Of a stretch of 64,000 nt of DNA, positions 11,254 through 26,200 are shown in pieces. How positions within the stretch are numbered: position 1 is the first letter of the stretch; each line of letters starts with the position of its first letter. The DNA is from Phoronis australis. Its lineage: Eukaryota; Animalia; Phoronida. Below the pieces are notes generated by a model, which did no database searches, was not told the DNA's origin, and worked only from the letters and a program-made list of their open reading frames with translations. The stretch is from contig NMRA01000009.1 of the NCBI GenBank assembly GCA_002633005.1, positions 30,923-94,922 of the forward strand, read 5' to 3'. Made by a program: the position numbers and the translations under genes.

Positions 11254-13396
11254 GTGTGAACTTGTAATTAGTAAAACGATGAGAAGCAACCACTGCACGT
11301 GATACGTTCAGCTGATCAAAGTGAAAAACACGTGCTGTAGGAGAAATCTGAAGCGTCACATTCGAATCACTGCGTCCGGAAAACATGTAAACCGAAATTA
11401 ATTGTCTCGTGTTGTAGAATGAGTTGTGCATACATACACACATACATACATACGTACGTACGTACATGTTTACGTAAGTGCACGCATACACACGCACACG
11501 CATAGGTATATCATCACAAGGAATAATTCTCAGAGAGGAACAAACTGTGTGATTAACCTGCAGTTTCATGAATCCTTTAATGTCATGTAGGACCTTATCG
11601 ACAAATCTGCTTATTTAGCCATCACTTTTTGCTAATCTCCTACTAATTGGATCACGTGACCACTGTTAGTAATAGTTAGAAAAGTGCATTCATGGCAAAA
11701 CAACGTTATGAATAACTGCACCAAATTTTGTTTGGTTCTAAAAAAACGCTGTAATATTTTTATGAATCATTATTTCATTTTAGTTTTATGCAACTAAAAG
11801 TTGTATTTTTAGCCCCTCATTACAATTTCTACCAGTGTTTTGGAGAAGAAAGCATAATATTATTCTAAAGCTTTTTGTGAATCCGATCAGCCATTCTTGA
11901 CAGTGATTTTCCAAAATCAGACAGTTTTGGAAATTTTTCTAGGTACCTACGTAACCTTAAGTCTGCTCATTAGGCAAAATTATATAAAATGCAAGAAATA
12001 TTGTTTCAGTACTGGAGCACTAGACTGGGTTTGACGGCCTGTAAGTTGAGGCTAATACAACCCAAGTCACTTGTTGTAGGACGAGAGTAAGATACTCCAA
12101 TACAGGCCGTGACTACCCACCATTTTAAAAACTCAGCCGGATCCGAGCTTGTTTCTTTGCTTTCTTATTTGTTTTTTTTTTCTTACTGAATGCTTACCAG
12201 GACGATAATGGGAAAGGCGATTGAACAGAGGAAGAAAGCTATGATACAACACACGAGGGTCGTTTCTGAAAAAAAAAATTACTTCAAATATTTTGCGACG
12301 GACAGACATAATTGAATTAGATGAGTAACGCTTCTTGTCGAAAAATTGTAATTCATTTAAAGTTTGGGCTTTTCGATTCATTTAGGCTCTAGTGACTGGC
12401 AAACCACTCAAATCCTCATGTAGAGCGTTTGAGTGTGTTCAAGTCAGTATCATTGCACTGTATTAAACATACTTTGGCAAGATGATCCATTGCCGGGGTT
12501 GTTATTTGCCCGTTATTACCGAATGTTTTCATAAATACAGTTCGATATAGTAGGCAAGCTATTTAAAGACAACTGGCACCCAAGTCCTCAATGAAGTCCT
12601 CAGGATCGATGCTTAGTAGGGACCACGCAGGGGATACCGAGTGTAACGAGGCGTAACATGTTTAATTGAATCCTGGTGTACTAAAACAATCGCTATTGAT
12701 TGCCCAACATCACTGGCATTGTGTGTAACCAAGTCAGCTATTTTTGCAAAACCAGAGACGATAGATCACTATTCCAATCGACAACACATAGTTTGATCTT
12801 TTGCGTATTGCCGTCCTTGTATTTGTCACGCACAGTCCAAGTATCATTAGAAGTGAACTGTACAAACGCTGATCATTTTTCATATTCCTCTTTAAAATAT
12901 GAAAAGTGTTCACTATTATGTTTCCGTTTTCGGATAGACTTGACATATTTTGCGCCTTCTGGTGGCCATTTTTATGATACAAATAGACATCGCGAGAAGC
13001 ATGCCATGTGCGGTGCCCAATTGCTTCGAAATTTCTCCTGTGATATTTTTTGTAGAATGCTATTATCGAGTGCTGCGTAACAAAAAGTCGTTATCAAAAT
13101 GGCGTCTATGATGCATTTTCGTCATTTTTTAATAGTGCTGGGGTGCCACAACAGGAATAGGAAATAATATGAATTTTTTCATGTGAAGTCTCACTTCCGG
13201 TGGTGCAGCCTATATTTTTATGCTAGACCTCGATCATGGGCTGCCTTCCGGCGGGAACCCTATATTATTATTGGGGACCCCGATGCTATTATAGGGGGCC
13301 TCGCTGAAAGGCGATCGAAAAGCGGGCCATTTTATGTTAATACAGAGGGCCTCGCCGAAAGGCGGTCGAAGAGCGGGGCCCCCTATATTAATATAG

Positions 13397-14396
13397 NNNN
13401 NNNNNNNNNNNNNNNNNNNNNNNNNNNNNNNNNNNNNNNNNNNNNNNNNNNNNNNNNNNNNNNNNNNNNNNNNNNNNNNNNNNNNNNNNNNNNNNNNNNN
13501 NNNNNNNNNNNNNNNNNNNNNNNNNNNNNNNNNNNNNNNNNNNNNNNNNNNNNNNNNNNNNNNNNNNNNNNNNNNNNNNNNNNNNNNNNNNNNNNNNNNN
13601 NNNNNNNNNNNNNNNNNNNNNNNNNNNNNNNNNNNNNNNNNNNNNNNNNNNNNNNNNNNNNNNNNNNNNNNNNNNNNNNNNNNNNNNNNNNNNNNNNNNN
13701 NNNNNNNNNNNNNNNNNNNNNNNNNNNNNNNNNNNNNNNNNNNNNNNNNNNNNNNNNNNNNNNNNNNNNNNNNNNNNNNNNNNNNNNNNNNNNNNNNNNN
13801 NNNNNNNNNNNNNNNNNNNNNNNNNNNNNNNNNNNNNNNNNNNNNNNNNNNNNNNNNNNNNNNNNNNNNNNNNNNNNNNNNNNNNNNNNNNNNNNNNNNN
13901 NNNNNNNNNNNNNNNNNNNNNNNNNNNNNNNNNNNNNNNNNNNNNNNNNNNNNNNNNNNNNNNNNNNNNNNNNNNNNNNNNNNNNNNNNNNNNNNNNNNN
14001 NNNNNNNNNNNNNNNNNNNNNNNNNNNNNNNNNNNNNNNNNNNNNNNNNNNNNNNNNNNNNNNNNNNNNNNNNNNNNNNNNNNNNNNNNNNNNNNNNNNN
14101 NNNNNNNNNNNNNNNNNNNNNNNNNNNNNNNNNNNNNNNNNNNNNNNNNNNNNNNNNNNNNNNNNNNNNNNNNNNNNNNNNNNNNNNNNNNNNNNNNNNN
14201 NNNNNNNNNNNNNNNNNNNNNNNNNNNNNNNNNNNNNNNNNNNNNNNNNNNNNNNNNNNNNNNNNNNNNNNNNNNNNNNNNNNNNNNNNNNNNNNNNNNN
14301 NNNNNNNNNNNNNNNNNNNNNNNNNNNNNNNNNNNNNNNNNNNNNNNNNNNNNNNNNNNNNNNNNNNNNNNNNNNNNNNNNNNNNNNNNNNNNNNN
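13397..14396. other. Assembly gap (1000 N) flanked by tandem repeats
   Basis: N run; GC-rich hairpin repeat at 13240-13396 and 18-bp repeat (ttgaatgtaacgtgaatg) at 14397-14500. Confidence 0.99.
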
Positions 14397-14965
14397 TTGA
14401 ATGTAACGTGAATGTTGAATGTAACGTGAATGTTGAATGTAACGTGAATGTTGAATGTAACGTGAATGTTGAATGTAAGGTGAATGTTGCATGTAACGTG
14501 AAATTCTGAATTGAGATAAGTGCGCTGAAGTTTAACAATAGTCACGTTTCTTTAGTAGTCAAGTTTCTTTGAAAATGTTGTTTGAATGTAGCGCTTTGGC
14601 TTACTTTTACACTGTAAAAAGTTACCAGTAAGTAACCTAACTTGTGTGAATTGTCTCTGAACCAAAACCAATATGGACACTAGGCCTACAGTTCATACAA
14701 ACAAGGGTTATTTAAGTAGTTGTGACGTATATGTTATTCGAGGTTCTTTAAAGCGAGTTCAGAGATGAGGTCAATTTTTTTAAAATCAATTTCATTGTTC
14801 CCCAAAAATGGAAATGAAGAATCAAATCCCAAGACGACAGAGTAGGCAGAATTTTACAATGTGAAAAATCCAAAATTCAATGTTACTGCCCTTCGCCAAT
14901 TGTGATTTCAACTTCTTTTACCAGACGTCCTTCGATCCTCAGTGGATGAACGCTACTTTCTAATT

Positions 14966-15837
14966 ATGACAGCCGGCACTTTCATTAAATTGGTAATAGT
15001 GTACATGTTTATTAAAAAAAAACTGTTCGTTTTATTGTTGACTGGTTCAACTTGATTATTTTACAGGTACAATGTGGACGTAAAATGTCCGGGAAAAACG
15101 CACGGACACTGCACTGCGCCGGGGATAATTCGACGAAAACGTTGACTGCGAAAGAGTACAACTGTTTAAAGCACGCACTACCAAAAAGTAAAATCCCCCG
15201 CGTGTTACTTCATGACAACGTTACACACACAAAGACTCTGTCAAGGTACCTGGGCATACTACAGTCGAGGAAGAATAAATCAAGGAATGACCAGGAACAG
15301 AACATCCGCACCTTTGTAGCATGTCAAAAGAAGAAGCAGGCAAAATGGAGAAGGGAAGATGAGTTTGGTATAGCTGGAATTAATCTGCCGCTCGTGACGG
15401 ATTTACCAAAAGAAAGACCAACAAGCATGTGTAAACTATATACGACTCCCACGTACGACATCGCCGAAAAGCCAAAAGTATGTGTGCCGTTACTACCGGT
15501 TATGTCTATGAATCGCTCCAAAACGGAGATAGTGTCACACCGTGACCAAACCATTTGTGCCAAACTTCCCTTAGTGGTAGAACTCGACAATAACCTCATG
15601 CGGCGTTATGACCAATACCGTGGAAAGTTACTTCTGGTTCCGGGAGGCAACGCTGTGACTGATCGTAGATTTTACAATCTTACTTCGTCCTTGTCGGCGA
15701 CGAAATTGGAGCCAGACGGGGACTTTACGTTTCGACCAGCTACCATGCCCCTACCCGTAACTACAAAGACACGAACTCTCAACAGCGAAATGGTAACCTC
15801 CAGATTTTTCAAGAGAAAAACTCATTCGACCAAATAA
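14966..15837 (+). CDS. Uncharacterised basic protein (~250-265 aa)
   Basis: 786-nt stop-free frame (15052-15837) in AT-rich DNA with raised GC/CpG. Acceptor ttttacag before 15067. Upstream exon 14925-14992 supplies an in-frame ATG (MTAGTFIKL, then VQCGRKMSGK...); alternative ATG at 15085. C-terminal NAVTDRRFYNLTSSLS motif. Confidence 0.6.
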
Positions 15838-16340
15838 TTTTCTGGTCCAACTGCAAATCGCCACCAACACTGTGATACGACGAAAAAGCGCCAGATTAGT
15901 GTAATAGACAGATCTTAGACGTGCCTTTAGGTTTTGAAATCAAAACGCACAATTTATAAGGGAATGGCTGTCTTAGACATGATGTTTCCAGTATTTTCTT
16001 AAAGAGCAAGTGTCCAAAACATTAAAGCAAGACCCAATATTTGTAATCAGTATATTTAGGCTTCATTTCTATTCAACAAAAATTGAAACCCCCAGTTTCA
16101 AGAATACTATGTATATGTGAGAAACAGGTTGTATGACGTCAGGGATCTGTTGCCAAAAGTTGACTTTTTGTCTTTTGATTTTAGTATGCTCCCCAGCTGG
16201 CTACAGAGTTGTCTTGCCTTCGACTTGAAGACAGAATTCATGACTTTTAACATTGAAAGCCTACAACAAGCTGAGCCATCCATAGACTCGTTTTAGCCAC
16301 AAGTCAAGACTCAGTGAAGGCAGTAATGTTGTTACTTAAG

Positions 16341-16600
16341 TTTATATCTGGTGAAACACTCTGGTCTAAAGGTCAGACAACACACAGGCTAGTTTATAGA
16401 AAGTGTGTTTCACCAGATATAAACACTCTGGTGTAAAGGTAGACAACACACAGGCTAGTTTATAGAAAGTGTGTTTCACCAGATATAAACACTATGGTGT
16501 AAAGGTAGACAACACACAGGCTAGTTTATAGAAAGTTTGTTTCACCAGATATAAACACTCTGGTGTAAAGGTAGACAACACACAGGCTAGTTTATAGAAA
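16341..16600. repeat. 66-bp minisatellite, ~4 copies, with an inverted copy of its end at the left edge
   Basis: aaacactctggtgtaaaggtagacaacacacaggctagtttatagaaagtgtgtttcaccagatat; tttatatctggtgaaacac at 16341 is the reverse complement of the unit end. Confidence 0.9.
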
Positions 16601-16688
16601 TGAAACATCTTCAGTCCCTTACAAATACTTTACCAAAATGTGTCACTTTGACTTAAATATTTGTCAATAGTTCATAACAGATAAAACC

Positions 16689-16694
16689 TTTATT
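16689..16694 (-). terminator. Candidate polyadenylation signal of PPA
   Basis: tttatt (AATAAA on - strand) about 550 nt downstream of the PPA stop. Confidence 0.4.
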
Positions 16695-17243
16695 ATTTGT
16701 TTTATGCATTGTTTTCTACTGCACATTTGACAGCATGTGGCTTTGAAAATTTATTAAATATTAAATCAAGACATTTTAGTAAATTAGATTCTGTATTGAC
16801 ATCAAATGAAATCATAACATTGAATCAACTGCGAACAACAGAATCTAATAGAAACACTAAAATCTTCATGATTCACAGAAACCAAGATTACCAGTTATGA
16901 CAACGTTTAAAGGCAGATTAGAACATGAAAAGATTAGCACTGAGTCATGAATATGACGTAACAGAACCATCTATCAATACAAATTTCACAGCATGCTTAC
17001 ACCCAACTTCAACTATGGTATTTCAAAAGACCATCCACAAACATAAGAATTACTGACAGTTACCGACATTATTGACACTTTACACCATCCTATTGCATTT
17101 TAAATTGAAAAATTACCACTAATTATTAGTTGATATAATCAGGTACCATTTGTCATATTGTAGAGATGGAGTCAAGGTTGTCTTCAGTAAGATTGTTGTG
17201 TGAGGACCAGTTATAGTTTACACATACTGTCATCTTTTAAAGG

Positions 17244-17281
17244 TCATGCTGAGGAGGCAGATACATAGTACCACTTGTCAA
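17244..17281 (-). CDS. PPA: PPA exon 10 (terminal)
   Basis: (V)[11 protein letters not shown]; VDKW is the conserved animal PPA C-terminus. Confidence 0.9.
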
Positions 17282-20200
17282 CTGAAATATAAGAATTGAC
17301 ACCTGTCAGCATGTGTTTTAAAAATTCAAAACGAACACAAATATGTCACTACACAATGCTGTGAAGTGAAATGTCAACACAAAGTGTGGAATGGACTCAA
17401 ATAAAGTTTTTCAAAATGTAAAACAAAACTCCCAACAGAATTTACCTTCATCTAGGGATGAAAAATAATCACCTGAAAATGAGAGGCAATTTATCATTAT
17501 TAAAGCACCCCAGGGCGGTAATTAGTCCAGGTGAAAATTGTCAACTTCAAACTGTAATAAAGCAATGTACATCTCACTGAAGCAATTCATCAATTCCACC
17601 CAGTCTTTGGTGTTATCATGTGTAATTATCAACCCCCCAAATAATGAGACTCCACCTAGAGTTCAAACACGGAACCAGGCCATACTGCTTACATGAAAGT
17701 TGTCACCTTCCTTCGACACCATGGTTTTCTGTGTTAAAGGAAAACCATTGGAATTCATGGAATCAACTTCTTTCAAAAAATTTTTTGTTTCAAATGGAAA
17801 TTACAAACTTCAGTAGTAGATATGACAATTCTAATGTACCTTAGTTGTTAATTACCAAAAATTAACAATGCAATACATCAAACTTGTTGCCAAAGACTAA
17901 TCCCAGCCACAACTGGAACAGTCACTTTGAAGCAGATATAATCAAATTGTTGAACTTTCATTTTGGAGGTGGCACTATTTTTGTTACAATTTAAAGAAAC
18001 AGTAGAATGGAAAGAGTAAGCAAATCCCTAAAGCATTTTTATAAATTGGAAATAGTAAAATGAAATAATTTTGACAATTTACAAAACAGATTGTTGGGCT
18101 TGCTACAACAGATTTCCTTGTTTTTAAAATGACAAAAAACAGTGTACCCAATTTCTTGTCAAACTTTTTGAGTTCAGTACAGAATAACAATGTAATGTTC
18201 AGCACAGAATAACAATGTAATGTTCAGCACAGAATAACAATGTAATGTTCAGCACAGAATAACAATGTAATGTTCAGCACAGAATAACAATGTAATGCTC
18301 AGTACAGAATAACAATGTAATGTTCAGCACAGAATAACAATGTAATGTTCAGTTATCCCTGAGTGCACTAATCACACTTGACATTTACAAATAAGCTGGG
18401 ATTAAGTGGCAATTTTATCAAAAAGTTGTATTTTTTCAACACAAAACCATAACAAAGGGTATTTCGTGGATTAAAGAAATTTTGAAAATGTATTTCATAG
18501 GCCAGCTGAATTATACAGTTTAGACTGTTAGGATCCCACAAGATGTCAGCACCTGAATATGAGCTCTCATACTTCTACAAGTAACCAGTGGCAGCATGCT
18601 ATCTAACTACAAACAGAAGATACATACCCTCAGAGGAGATGGCCGCTGCTGGTCCTGCAGCCGATGACTGAAAAATAGAGAAAGGCAATACTTAGTGTAA
18701 CATAGCTGGCCAAGCTTGTTGATGTGCGAAATGTTTACTGTTTACATACATACTTGAAATAAACTAAAGTGTCACTGAAGTGTAACAGTTACACTGTAAC
18801 CTGGACTGGGTGATATTGACCAAGCTTGTCTCCAATCTTGAACTATGTGCGAGACTAAATAGAGTAGAGTTTCTTTCAATTCGTACACAATATGGTGAAA
18901 CAGTTAAAGTTTATTTTATCAGAGTTTTCAACAAGAGTAAACAAGAAGAGAATTTTACTTGAAAATTGTAAAAAGTATGGCTGTCATCAACAAATGCAAG
19001 ATGGAATTATGAAAATTTTTGTCAATATGGAGAGAGTCTGAAAAATGAAAACTTTGGCCGTTAATGTTAAGTACAAATTTAGGAACTTTACTGCACACAC
19101 CAAAAATACCAACTTAGTAAAACCTCTTTGAGATGGTGATGCTGTAACTTTATTTTCAAAATCTGTTGGTCTATGCAAGTGTAAATATCACAATACATTT
19201 AAGAAACGATGACAAAAATATTGGACAAAATTCTGTTTCCCTATCCTGACTCGGCTATATTGTTTACAGTGAATTATTTTAAAATCAGCTGCCATAGCAG
19301 ACATTCCATCAACAATGAGTCATTGTTATGCAATGTAATAGCTGAAAGTAACAGTGACAATACGTGCCAAAAATATTCAGAAAGAAAGACCCAAAATTCC
19401 TCGTCATGATGGCCTGGTCATGATGGCCAGGCAGACGGTGACTTCATCATAAGAATAGTCTTCAATGATGGCAGAGAATGAAGGGAAATTAAAGGAAAAT
19501 TAGAAATGTGCCTAAGTTATTGTGTAATCAAAATTTTACCGCTACAATTTCCATTACCAGTCATTTCTGCTATTAACATAATCAGCCCTCATGACAGGGA
19601 AACAGAACTATGTCTGAATACTATAGTCCTGTACTGTATTCAAGTTAATTCATTGAATGTATCAGCAGTTCACCCATGTTATCGTGAAATAGAAAACCCC
19701 AAATGACAAAATAGTAAGGTGAAGGTAAAACAAGGTTAAGAAAGTAGGGACAACCGTGAACTAGGTTCAGAATCTAATCTTCAAACTCAGACTAGACTCT
19801 GACTCGAAAATTAACACATCACATCGGATTTGAGTACACAGTTTTAAACTTACCACATGTCGTGTGTCATGCCAACAGGCAATTTTCGAGTCTAATTTCT
19901 AGTACACAGATTAGACCATAGAGGGCAGGACCTGGACTTTGAGGAAACTAACTGCCCAATCACATCTGAGAACCCATGAGCAAAAGTAGCCATTTAATGT
20001 ACATTTAGCAAAAAAAACAAATGTATTCTCATTGAATTAACTCTAATGAATTTCACTGGATCAATGGGTCTAACATAAAACTGGAATCATATAAAACTGG
20101 AATCATATAAAACTGGAATCATATAAAACTGGAATCTCATCAGTGCTTTCAGATTTGAATATATTTTTGTCAAAATTGAAGGACAAGGGAAGATAAATGT

Positions 20201-23200
20201 TAGTGTATGTTTAGGCATCAGACATCAGTAACTGTAAAACTGAAAAAATAATATTTATTTTACAAATATAAATAGTTCAAGGATTTCACTAAAAGATGAG
20301 GCACCATGGTACTTTTACGCTGAAATATTTTTGAGTTGCAAATGGTTCCCACCAGGCCCCTCCCACCTTGCACGTTCACCTCTGTATGTCGATATGAATG
20401 GGTTTCAACTGATTACGCATACATAAAGATTTAAAATAAAACATTACAATGCAAAGATGAGGCTTAAGCAGTACATCGTCTCGCCCAGTTGCTCTTTGAC
20501 TAGTTAAACTCATGCTATCTAATTGGTAAAACTTTAAGGAATTTGTTGGTCCTGACTAAGCTGCCACATGACTCTGTGATCACTTCATGTCTACAGGGAC
20601 AAGTGTGTGAGACTGCGAGGTGTAAGATTATCATGGCGCATTGCATAGTTAGTCTAAGCACTGAACCTCCACGGATTACATGGACAACAACAACTATATA
20701 CACAGTAATGAACGTCACATTTGGAAAACTCAGAAACAGTATACAGNTACAAACGAGAGAGAGGACTTGCTTGGTATTATAAAGCAAAAAATGAAACATG
20801 GTTTTTAGTTTGCAAATCACTCCAAATGCACACACTATCCAGCCTGCTCAAGACATGCCTGACCACAAGCTATCCCATGAGCCTTCGCGAAGGAAGTAAC
20901 TCGCACATGCGCAATGCGTAGTTCGTCTGCGCTGCAAATCCGCTATTGGTAAACTTTAAGGAATTTGTTGGTCCTGACTAAGCTGCCACATGACTCTGTG
21001 ATCACTTCATGTCTACAGGGACAAGTGTGTGAGATTGCGAGGTGTAAGATTATCATGGCGCATTGCATAGAGTTAGTCTAAGCACTGAACCTCCACGGAT
21101 TACATGGACAACAACAACTATATACACAGTAATGAACGTCACATTTGGAAAACTCAGAAACAGTATACAGAATGTCACTATTTCATGTTTTGCAGCTAAA
21201 TTAAATGTCCTCCATACATAAAAACTTACATTAGTATGTAACAAATCATCAATGTTTTGTATAAATTTTGAGTAACTAATAACCATTCAACAGAATTTCA
21301 TTTTTGCCTCACTTGCTGCCAGATTTCCATGAAATTGAAAATAACAGAAGACAAGGACCTGTCACAAGAGTAAGAAATGCGAGGCAAGGCGTCAGTCAAA
21401 TACAAAGTTACAAAAACTTTCACACCCGGTATTCTATAGAAATATAATTTTCACGCTCAGTTGACCAGAAATGGAATTTTAGTGAAATGAAAATGCGATG
21501 ACTTTACAGAGAAATTACAAGCTATACAACTGCCGGAGACAACTAGCTGCCTGGTTATTTGGATATGTGCTTGCATACAATTCAACAGCAAAGAAGGGGA
21601 AATCAGAGATATAAGATCAATGTCTCGGTATTATTGTAATGATCTAATTACTTTGCAATGAATTTGGTGAATGTCTTTCTTACTTCAATATGAGAACATT
21701 TTAGACAAAAAACCATTTTATCTATAATATACAAGAGCAACACAGAGCGTTGAAATATGCCCACGAATGCACCACAAACGGTGTGCTTCTAGGGGCAATT
21801 ATTTGGAATATAAAAATGGCCACTAATTGGCGCAAAATATGTCAAATCCATCCAAAAACTTGTATGTGTCATCAAAACTATTTAGCAAATTTCATAAAAA
21901 TCTGTCAATGAACTTCTAAAAAACTGAGGAAAATGAAAAAAATGAAAATGCCACTAGGAGGTTATAGGCGCAAAAAACATAACTGCCACTAAGAAGTGAC
22001 ACAGCACATGAAGTCGTCGCAAAATCATCGTCAGACTTCCTCTTAACATCAGGAACATACATGTCAATTTCCACAATCATCCTTAGAGTGGTTTGGTTGA
22101 TAGAGGGGGAGACACCAAATAACAAGACTCGAAAACAGTAAAAAATGGCCACCAAGGCGTGCAAAATACCAGGAATCAAAACGAAAACCAGAGGATAGAG
22201 TCAACTCACAAATAGATGCCTATCTATCAAATTTTATGAAAATCCGTTGAGGACCTTTGAAAGGGAGTAAAATTAAAAACTTCTAGGGGGCACACCGGAA
22301 GTCCGATCCATCCGAAAGTCGTCATCGTTTGTTGTCAAGTTCATATAAATACACTTGCTAAATTTAATAAAGATCCTGCAGAGGGTTTTAGGAGATGCAG
22401 CCATGGGCGTGAAAATGCGGCCACTAGGAAGCATCACAGTTGTCGAGGCTGTCGGAAAATCATCGTCAGTTCTCCTCTTCACATTAGGAACATACATACC
22501 AATTTCCACAATCATCCTTAGAGTGGTTTGGTTCACAGAGGGGCAGATGCCAAAAAACAGAATCGAAAACAGTATAAATGGCCACTAGGTAGCGCAAAAT
22601 GTCTCAAGTTTAACCGAAAACCAGATGATAGCGTCAACCCACTAATAGATGCCGATCTGTCAAATTTTATGACAATCCATTGACTACCTTTGAAGAAACA
22701 GATGTGAACGTAAAAAACTAATATTGCCACTAGGAGGCACCATGGTAGTACGATCCTTCCGACAGTCGTCGTCCTTTGATGTCAACTTCATATAAATACA
22801 CCAGCAAAATTCAATAAAGATCCTGTAAAACGTTTAGGAGATACAGCCATAGGCGCAAAAAAAAAAAAAAAACGCCACTGGTAGGTGTCACAGTAGTCGA
22901 AGTCGCCCTCTTCACAATAACAACATACAGCTCAGCATGTGCCAATTTTCAAAATCATTCCTTTAGAGCGGTTTGAGTGATAGAAGGGCAGACACCGAAA
23001 ACAGTAAAAAAGACCACTAGGTGGCGCAAAATACCTCGAATCAGTTTGAAAACGAGAGGATGGCATCATCTTGCTAATAGATGTCTAATTGCACAATTTT
23101 ATGAAAATCTGTTGAGGACCTCCAAAGATACAGAAGCATAAAAAAACTAAGATTGCCACTAGGGGGCACACCGGTAGTCAAAGAGGTCCGAAATTTGTCG

Positions 23201-26200
23201 TCATTCGTCGCCAGCTTCATAGCGGCACATTTACCACATCTCAAGATCCTGTGAAAGGTTTAGGAGATACAGCTGCGGACGCCGGACACCCAGACAGAGA
23301 TGATGGCAATATGCGACCACCAATATGTGGGTGCACAAAAATTAAACATCGAAATATAATTTCTGACCAGTTCATTTGGTACAGGAACTTTGTTTTCAGC
23401 TCGCGACTGGAATGTAAACGGTCCTTAATGCAATTCAAGTCTTGTTTCTCAAAGAAATTAATATTCAAAAATCTATATCAAGAATGGCCTGTACCTTCAA
23501 AGTTAAACATCTCTCCCTCGAGATTGGATCATTTTTCAGGAAGTTACTTCAATAGACACTAACTAGAGCAGAGAGCAGGACAGGGGTGTGGATCTCATAA
23601 GACTTGATTCCCCATTCACAACACGGTACGTGAATAAGTGCAACTTACTTGTTGCGCTATGCCATCTGCTTCACTCTGGTCCACCTTGTATGGACTACTG
23701 GACACTGTCACATTTTTACTGCAAGTATACATACAATATTAACAAGAAGTGCTACAAAGTAAATAACTTTAAACAACACAGTAGCTGCCATTTTCTGTTA
23801 TAGTGCGAACATAGTAAGATCTGCCCAATCACGGGATGACAAGAGCATACTTGGAGGATGACGTTTGGCGCCACCTGCAGTTCAGTCTGATTTGGATGGA
23901 TATTTCAGGCAGTGGGATTTCACAGCCTTTTTATACATTCTTTACAATCATCATGCTCTCATAATGTATGTTACATGTTTGGCATAGAAACTTATATAAT
24001 AATCTCTAAACTTAAAGTACTTATGAATACTTTCCTTAACTGCATAAAGCATTAAGAGAACCAAGTTTCACTTAAGCACCACAAACATAAATGTAATGCA
24101 CACAAATGTCCCGTAACTGTGATAGGCTATTCAAGTCCATCTGCCATAACGGAACCATTTTGAAATAATAATTTAACCGCAGCTAATTAACATATTGTCC
24201 GACTGTGACTACAGGTGGCATGATATATCAATAGTATGTTGTTTTTAATCACAAAACAAACAACAGTTTTTGAAGACATGAAAATAGAGATCATATGGCC
24301 CCTGCTAACTAATTGTCCCTAGTTACCAGTCCATGCCATGCGTGTCATCCACTTTTTTGTCCACTAAAGCCTTCCACTGTTTGTTGGTTTCATCAACGAT
24401 ATCTTCAGCAAATTCCTGCAATACGACACCACATCATTCAAACGTTTGAAAAATATTCAATACATTTAATTTTGGGAGGACAGTACCCTTAACCTGTCTG
24501 TACGCCTACAGGAGAACAAAAGGACTGTCAACACTGTACAGCTAACTCAATGACAGTTTGTAATCTGTCAGTAGTTAATCTATGTCAGTAGTGTTCACTT
24601 ATTGCCACACACATACACAAAAATTAGTCCTTCCTATTTGAAAAACAAAACATTACGAAACATAATATGATCCATGAAATCACATGTAGGACTAGAGCAC
24701 GTTCACCAAAACACGTCTTTCTACAACAGTGCTTAATACAAACATGACCACAAAAGGACTTTTAATGACGAGGTAACACTACTTAATGACAAGGTAACAC
24801 TACTTAAGTGAGCTATCAGCACACACACCCTCCAGCCTTACCCTGCCCTTGGCTTGTCCATTGAAAGCAAACTTGTTAGCTGGTTTGCCATCAGGTATTT
24901 TGTAAATTGTAAACCACTCCACTGTTGCCTACAAAACAAAATGTCATTGCAACATTCAGTTATTGTGGGCCTACTGAAGAGCAATTTATAGACTCAACTG
25001 AATATTACACTATGGTTAAGAGTGACTGCACGAAAACATCAGGAAAAAGTGGGAACATGACAAGTGACAGATTGATGGAAGAATTAGTAACTGAAATGTT
25101 TTTAGTTTCTAGCATGAATCTGACTACCCTAGGTTAGTACAGAATACGCAAAACATTACTCAAAATTTCATTGCACGTCCCTCATTTCAAACAGCTTTTC
25201 TCCTTGGCTCTAAACGCTGTCACACTGAGAATGTAGCTACATTCAAGTACATGTGTACTGAGTTGGCAACATTCCACAGAAAAAAGACATACCACATCTG
25301 AAAGAGGGTACCTTGATGATTTATCAGTTCATGTAAGGATTTCCATGGATGGTAACCTGTGCACTCGGTGGCCATCTACAAGGATTTCCATGGATGGTAA
25401 CCTGTGCACTCGGTGGCCATCTACAAGGATTTCCATGGATGGTAACCTGTGCACTCGGTGGCCATAGACTAAACATTACCACTGTTACCCAATGTCCTCT
25501 GGACTATGCGTCAACCGGAATTCTCACAGTGCAATAACTAAAATTGATTATCAGATGGTAAACAAACTTGAACAGGATAAATCCTGTGGATGTTAACCTT
25601 GTGCTGGAAGCAAACCATTATTAGTGAGAAATTCAACATTTGGGAGCTTTTGAAAAAACGCAGTGCCACTTGATGTTGGATTTCATTTTCTCAAATCACA
25701 CACTATTTCCATGTACATTTATCAAATACACCACAACTGTTGGCAATTTTTTAACTTTAAAATTAGCATGACATTGGATGATAGGAATAGCGTCTACAGA
25801 CCAAGACTAGGCTAGGCGAGGTGCTTTACCCCATACGGTCTCTAATGACACCTCAAAGGAATCCTAGGGGGCAACTTAGCTTATTGATAAGGGGATTTCA
25901 ACTGTCACTGTGAGAAATTAGTTGGCCTACAATTACTTCCACCAGATAGGTTTAATACATTGGAAACACAAAAGGTGTCACAACGGTAATGTGCCGTCTG
26001 CAGGTGATGGGGGGTGAGTGGGCTGTTATTTGAAAACAGAACATATAAGTCACGGTTTATGCGCCTCTTTTTGGCATTATTTATCTCTTCATGATATTTT
26101 GGATTTGCTGGATCTACACAAATGACAGTGGGCTTGAAATTTCAAAAGCTGTTGATATCTAGACATATCTGATTTTGTTCAATTGGATGTTACCCAAGAT

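Noticed and set aside
13183-14545. Long ORFs of 369-434 aa
   Set aside because: Artefacts of translating through the 1000-N gap
20520-21170. ~230-bp near-identical direct duplication
   Set aside because: First copy ends at a single N; most likely an uncollapsed contig overlap or haplotype artefact
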